DNA from: an uncultured delta proteobacterium
GTDB taxonomy: Bacteria; Desulfobacterota; RBG-13-43-22
Assembly: GCA_963802945.1 (NCBI GenBank)
Contig: CAWDKY010000030.1
Location: 1-64,000 of the forward strand
DNA: 64,000 nt
Direction: 5' to 3'
Both the position numbers and the translations under genes were made by a program. The notes below the pieces were generated by a model. It worked only from the letters and a program-made list of their open reading frames with translations, was not told the origin of the DNA and searched no databases. Of the stretch, positions 59,942-64,000 are shown one piece after another. Every line of letters starts with the position of its first letter. Position 1 is the first letter of the stretch.

Positions 59942-60798
59942 AGCCCCAAGCCATCATTGAAAAAATAGGTTTTGCCTCCTTGGTAATGGCCAGTCTATTG
60001 GTGGTTCTTATACTTTTCGGGATACTGGCCAATATTTTTTATAATGGATTTTCTGTCCTGAGTTGGGAATTTTTGTCCCAATCCCCCCGGAATGGGATGA
60101 CCGCCGGGGGCATTCTGCCGGCCATCGTCGGGACATTTGTGGTCAGTCTGATCACCATTATAGTTGCCGTCCCCTTGGGGATGTTCAGCGCTATTTATCT
60201 TAATGAATATGCCCATCAGGGAAAACTGGTCCGTCTGATCCGTCTTTCCATACGGAATCTTTCCGGAGTTCCTTCGGTCGTCTATGGACTTTTTGGAGTG
60301 GCCCTTTTTGTCCGATTATTTCATTTCGGAGCCAGTATCCTTTCGTCCGGGATGACCCTCGGCCTGCTTACACTTCCCTGGACCATCACGGCCAGCGAAG
60401 AAGCCTTAAAGACCGTCCCCAAATCCTTTCGCGACGGGGCCCTGGCCTTAGGTGCAACCCAATGGCAGGCCATTCGAACCAATGTCCTGCCCTATGCTAT
60501 TCCCGGGATGCTCACCGGGGCCATACTCGGACTGGCCCGGGCTGCCGGAGAGACGGCTCCCATTTTATTTACCGGGGCGGCCTTTTCCATTCCGTCTCTT
60601 CCCAAATCCCTTTTTGACCAGTTTATGGCCCTGCCCTACCATCTTTATATTTTAGCCACTCAGCACCAGGATATTCAAAAGGTCCGCCCCATAGCTTATG
60701 GTACCGCTTTGGTTCTCATCGCCTTGATCCTCTGTTTAAATGTGGTGGCTATTACCATTCGTTATCGCTATCGTAAAAAAGCCCGGATGGCCCAATAA
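59938..60798 (+). CDS. pstA: PstA (set 3)
   Basis: [24 protein letters not shown]. Confidence 0.95.
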   Translation: MKPQAIIEKIGFASLVMASLLVVLILFGILANIFYNGFSVLSWEFLSQSPRNGMTAGGILPAIVGTFVVSLITIIVAVPLGMFSAIYLNEYAHQGKLVRLIRLSIRNLSGVPSVVYGLFGVALFVRLFHFGASILSSGMTLGLLTLPWTITASEEALKTVPKSFRDGALALGATQWQAIRTNVLPYAIPGMLTGAILGLARAAGETAPILFTGAAFSIPSLPKSLFDQFMALPYHLYILATQHQDIQKVRPIAYGTALVLIALILCLNVVAITIRYRYRKKARMAQ

Positions 60799-60799
60799 A

Positions 60800-61588
60800 A
60801 TGGACCTTCTTCACCCATCACCTCATCCTCAAGATAATATAAAAATGACTGTGAGGGACCTCAACTTTTTCTACGGGCCCCAAAAAGCTTTGGAAAATAT
60901 TAACCTGGATATTCCTGGTCACCAGGTGACGGCCTTCATCGGTCCATCCGGGTGCGGGAAAAGCACTTTCCTTCGCTGTCTAAACCGAATGAATGAGACG
61001 ATTCTGGACACCAGGATAGAAGGGACTATTCTTCTTGACGGAGAAGATATTTATGCTCCTGAAGTAGATGTGGTTGATGTGCGCCGTCGGGTGGGCATGG
61101 TCTTTCAAAAATCCAACCCCTTTCCCAAAACCATTTTTGAAAACGTGGCTTATGGTCTGCGGATCAATGGAATGAAGGACAGACGGGAGATTGCTGAAAT
61201 CGTGGAACAAAGTTTGATCGACGCCGCTATCTGGGACGAGGTTAAGGACCGCCTTTACGAATCGGCTATGGGCTTGTCCGGAGGTCAGCAGCAGCGGATT
61301 TGCATCGCCCGGGCCTTGGCCATCAAACCTGAAGTAATCCTCATGGACGAACCGGCTTCAGCCCTGGATCCCTTAGCCACCAAAAAGATTGAAGATCTGA
61401 TTCAAGAGTTAAAAAAAGACTACACGATTGTCATCGTCACCCATAACATGCAACAGGCTGCCCGCGTTTCCGATTTCACGGCCTTTTTTTATTTGGGGAA
61501 ACTGATCGAGGCTAACGAAACCCAAACGATTTTCACCAAACCCCAAATAAAACAGACCGAGGAATATATCACCGGACGGTTCGGGTAA
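60800..61588 (+). CDS. pstB: PstB (set 3)
   Basis: [33 protein letters not shown]. Confidence 0.95.
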   Translation: MDLLHPSPHPQDNIKMTVRDLNFFYGPQKALENINLDIPGHQVTAFIGPSGCGKSTFLRCLNRMNETILDTRIEGTILLDGEDIYAPEVDVVDVRRRVGMVFQKSNPFPKTIFENVAYGLRINGMKDRREIAEIVEQSLIDAAIWDEVKDRLYESAMGLSGGQQQRICIARALAIKPEVILMDEPASALDPLATKKIEDLIQELKKDYTIVIVTHNMQQAARVSDFTAFFYLGKLIEANETQTIFTKPQIKQTEEYITGRFG

Positions 61589-61986
61589 TCATAAAAAGGG
61601 CCAACGTTTCTTTTTATATGCCAAACCTGATTGAAAAAAATATCGATTGGCTCTCGGCCTGGCTGATTTTCTTAAAACCCTCTTTTGGCCTTCTCCGCAC
61701 CCAATTTCGCCATTTGACATAAGCGACAATAGTAAGGTTTAGACCAACTTCCAGTTATTAGCCAAGGAGGTTGAACAGAAACTTGATAATAGGAAGACAG
61801 GATTATCCGTAAGGGGAAAGGATTACTCTCTTAACAGGAACCGCATTCCGAATAAACAGCAAATAAAAAAATATGCGGTTAAAAAGAACTTAGGATCAGA
61901 TCTTGAAATATAGGTTTTATGATTAGGATATTCCCCCCGAATATATCCGCCTTCTTTCCCGCCAGTAAAAATATCAGGCCGTTGTT

Positions 61987-63553
61987 TCAAGGCCTCATGG
62001 TAAATGAAGCCTTCCCTGTCTTTCGAAGCGGTGCGGCGAGATTGACGAAATCGACTACCAGGGGGCGAGTCCAGCGAGGATCAATGATCTCCTCAATCCA
62101 AAAGAGTCTCAGCCGTACGGAAGGGAGAGCGAAGTTTGTTGAGACGGGTTTCGATCTCCCGCAGTTTGACTTCCGCATCCGGGGCACTTTCTATTTCCGC
62201 CCGGTAAGCGGCTTCGATGCCGCCTTCCAGCGGCAGGGAACCCCAGCGGGCCGAAGGCCAGGCATATCGGGTACAGAACCGACCGGCGGGTTGATGGGCT
62301 CCACCGGCAACGCCGAAGGCGTTACGTATAATAACGGAGCACCAGGGCACCGTGGTTTGGTTGATGGCGCTCATGGCCCGCACCCCCTGACGAATGGTGG
62401 CCGAACGCTCGGCATCCGGTCCCACAAAAAAGCCGGGGCAATCAACAAAATAAATGACCGGCAAATGAAAGGTCTCAGCCAGATCGACAAACCGGATGAT
62501 TTTCGAACAGCAGTCGGCGGTCCAGGCACCGGCAAACTGGTAAGGATCACTGGCCATGAGGGCCACAGGCCAGCCGTCTATCCGCGCAAACCCGGTAATC
62601 ATCGGACGTCCGAAGTTCCGGCCCATCTCGAAGAAGGAGCCGCGATCGACGACGGTCTCAATAATAGGCCGCATTTTGTATACCTGGCGAATGTTTCTGG
62701 GAATCGCCTTCCCGAGCCAGTCATCTTGGCGGCTGGGGTCATCCACGATGGGGCCTCGTTCAGACAGGCTGTAAACCGAATCGGGTAAATAGGATAAAAA
62801 CCGCTTGGCGCACTCGATGGCCTCCACCTCGGTATCCGCGGCTTCATCTACTGCGCCGCATTTCGTCTGAACCATCCAACCGCCAAGCTCGTTACTGGTC
62901 AGATTGTAACCGAGGGCATTGACCAGCGGGGGACCGGCCACAAACAACTGCGATGTATTTTTGACCATCACCGAATAGTGGCTGGCGGCCATCCGGGCAG
63001 CGCCAAGACCGGCCACCGGACCCAGCCCGAGGCTCACTATGGGGACGGTTCCCATGTTTTCGGAGATAAGGTCGTATCGGGTAGACTGCTCGACCCCTCC
63101 AGGCAAATTCGCCCGTCCTTTGGTCTCGATCGTCTTGACCGACCCGCCGCCTCCGGAGCCTTCGATGAGGCGGATGATCGGAATACAGAGCTCATGGGCC
63201 ATACGCTCGGACATGAGGTTTTTCTCCTTAATCGTGGCATCGGCCGACCCGCCCCTGACCGTAAAGTCATCGCCGGCCACCACGACCGGTCGGCCGTTAA
63301 TCCGGCCCCTGGCCAGAAACGAATTGGAAGGCATTAAATCAATGAGGTCGTTATTCTCATCATAGGTCGCCTTGCCGGCAATGGTCCCAATCTCGTGCAA
63401 GGACCCCTTATCGACCAGCAAGTTCACCCGTTCACGAATAGTCAAGCGCCCTGCCTTATGCTGGCGTTTAACCTTATCCTCTCCCCCCATGCGTTTAGCC
63501 AGCGCCTCTCGCTTGGCCAATTCATCAAGTTCCGGTTGCCAGTTCATAGTCAT
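61987..63553 (-). CDS. Acyl-CoA carboxylase carboxyltransferase subunit (frameshift near 62100)
   Basis: GRLTIRER, DFTVRGGS, FVAGP, VDCPGF, YAWPSA; C-terminal IEEIIDPR.TR in the 61987..62187 frame. Confidence 0.85.
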
Positions 63554-63616
63554 TCATCCTTTAATATGGTTGTTAGAAAATATCGGACCCAGAGGCACCA
63601 TGGATCGCCTGCCTTG

Positions 63617-64000
63617 TCATCGCAAGGTAATGGCCTTCTCCGGGCACATCTCCTGACAGCAAAAGCAGGTGATGCAGGTGTCGGCATCCACCACAGGTAT
63701 GCCGTCACCCATGGACAGGGCCGATACCGCACACTGATCCACACAGGTCCCGCAGGCCGTACACAATTCAGGGTCGGCGATGGGTTTTAATTTTGTCCGG
63801 CTTTCAATAAAAGCCTGTACCGCTGGATTGTCCGCATTGTCCTGTCCGCCCAGAGCCGGGATCTTAAAATTGGGTATTGGGTTCAGTTTTCCGATGATTT
63901 CAATTTCCTTAAGTTCATAATCCCCCAATCCCACTTCCTTGGCCTTTCGGAGGAATCGCAACCTTCTGGGTTCACAACCCATCATGGTGGCTATAACAGC
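63617..64000 (-). CDS. C-terminal part of a DUF362-like protein with a 2x[4Fe-4S] ferredoxin domain (5' end outside the window)
   Basis: CTACGTCVDQC and CITCFCCQEMCP; MMG..P.....L..A...GLG. Confidence 0.75.
   Translation of the reverse strand, partial: AVIATMMGCEPRRLRFLRKAKEVGLGDYELKEIEIIGKLNPIPNFKIPALGGQDNADNPAVQAFIESRTKLKPIADPELCTACGTCVDQCAVSALSMGDGIPVVDADTCITCFCCQEMCPEKAITLR

Noticed and set aside
61919-62788. 289-aa plus-strand ORF
   Set aside because: Antisense to the carboxyltransferase gene.

Overview
Bacterial chromosomal DNA, probably from a Desulfobacterota/deltaproteobacterium (inferred from gene content and repeat families). Many single-base frameshifts suggest an unpolished long-read assembly. 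Bases 1-10.7 kb are an accessory/housekeeping mix: a decayed methyltransferase, nitroreductase, stand-alone LigD phosphoesterase, enoyl-CoA hydratase, serine hydrolase, VapBC, an IS630 inserted in an attC-bearing cassette ORF, and a murU/amgK-like pair. About 10.7-61.6 kb is a large phosphate-starvation island. It holds phoBR, three pstSCAB sets (four pstS), phoU, a PIN-PhoH gene, PsiE, DedA, an ArsC-like protein, an EAL-CBS-GGDEF protein, a porin, a secreted metallophosphoesterase and an OlsF-like lipid acyltransferase. I read about 19 candidate Pho-box arrays (7-mers at 11-bp spacing) in front of these genes and of several unknown ones. Two modules look like candidate undescribed systems. 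(1) A ferrosome-like cassette (DUF5132 protein, HMA2 protein, a 22-residue amphipathic-repeat protein, an HMA2-fused P2A/Ca2+-type ATPase rather than a P1B-6, and MetK) with four extra HMA2 paralogs, three of them Pho-boxed. (2) A Pho-boxed operon encoding a glutamate-cysteine-ligase-like protein, a Psd-like decarboxylase and a non-canonical Lgt, which may be a new phosphorus-free lipid pathway. The island also carries a PHP-GT4 fusion, a family of Pho-boxed half-receiver microproteins and a possibly leaderless InsA-like zinc-ribbon gene. All family calls come from motifs read by eye; no database search was run.
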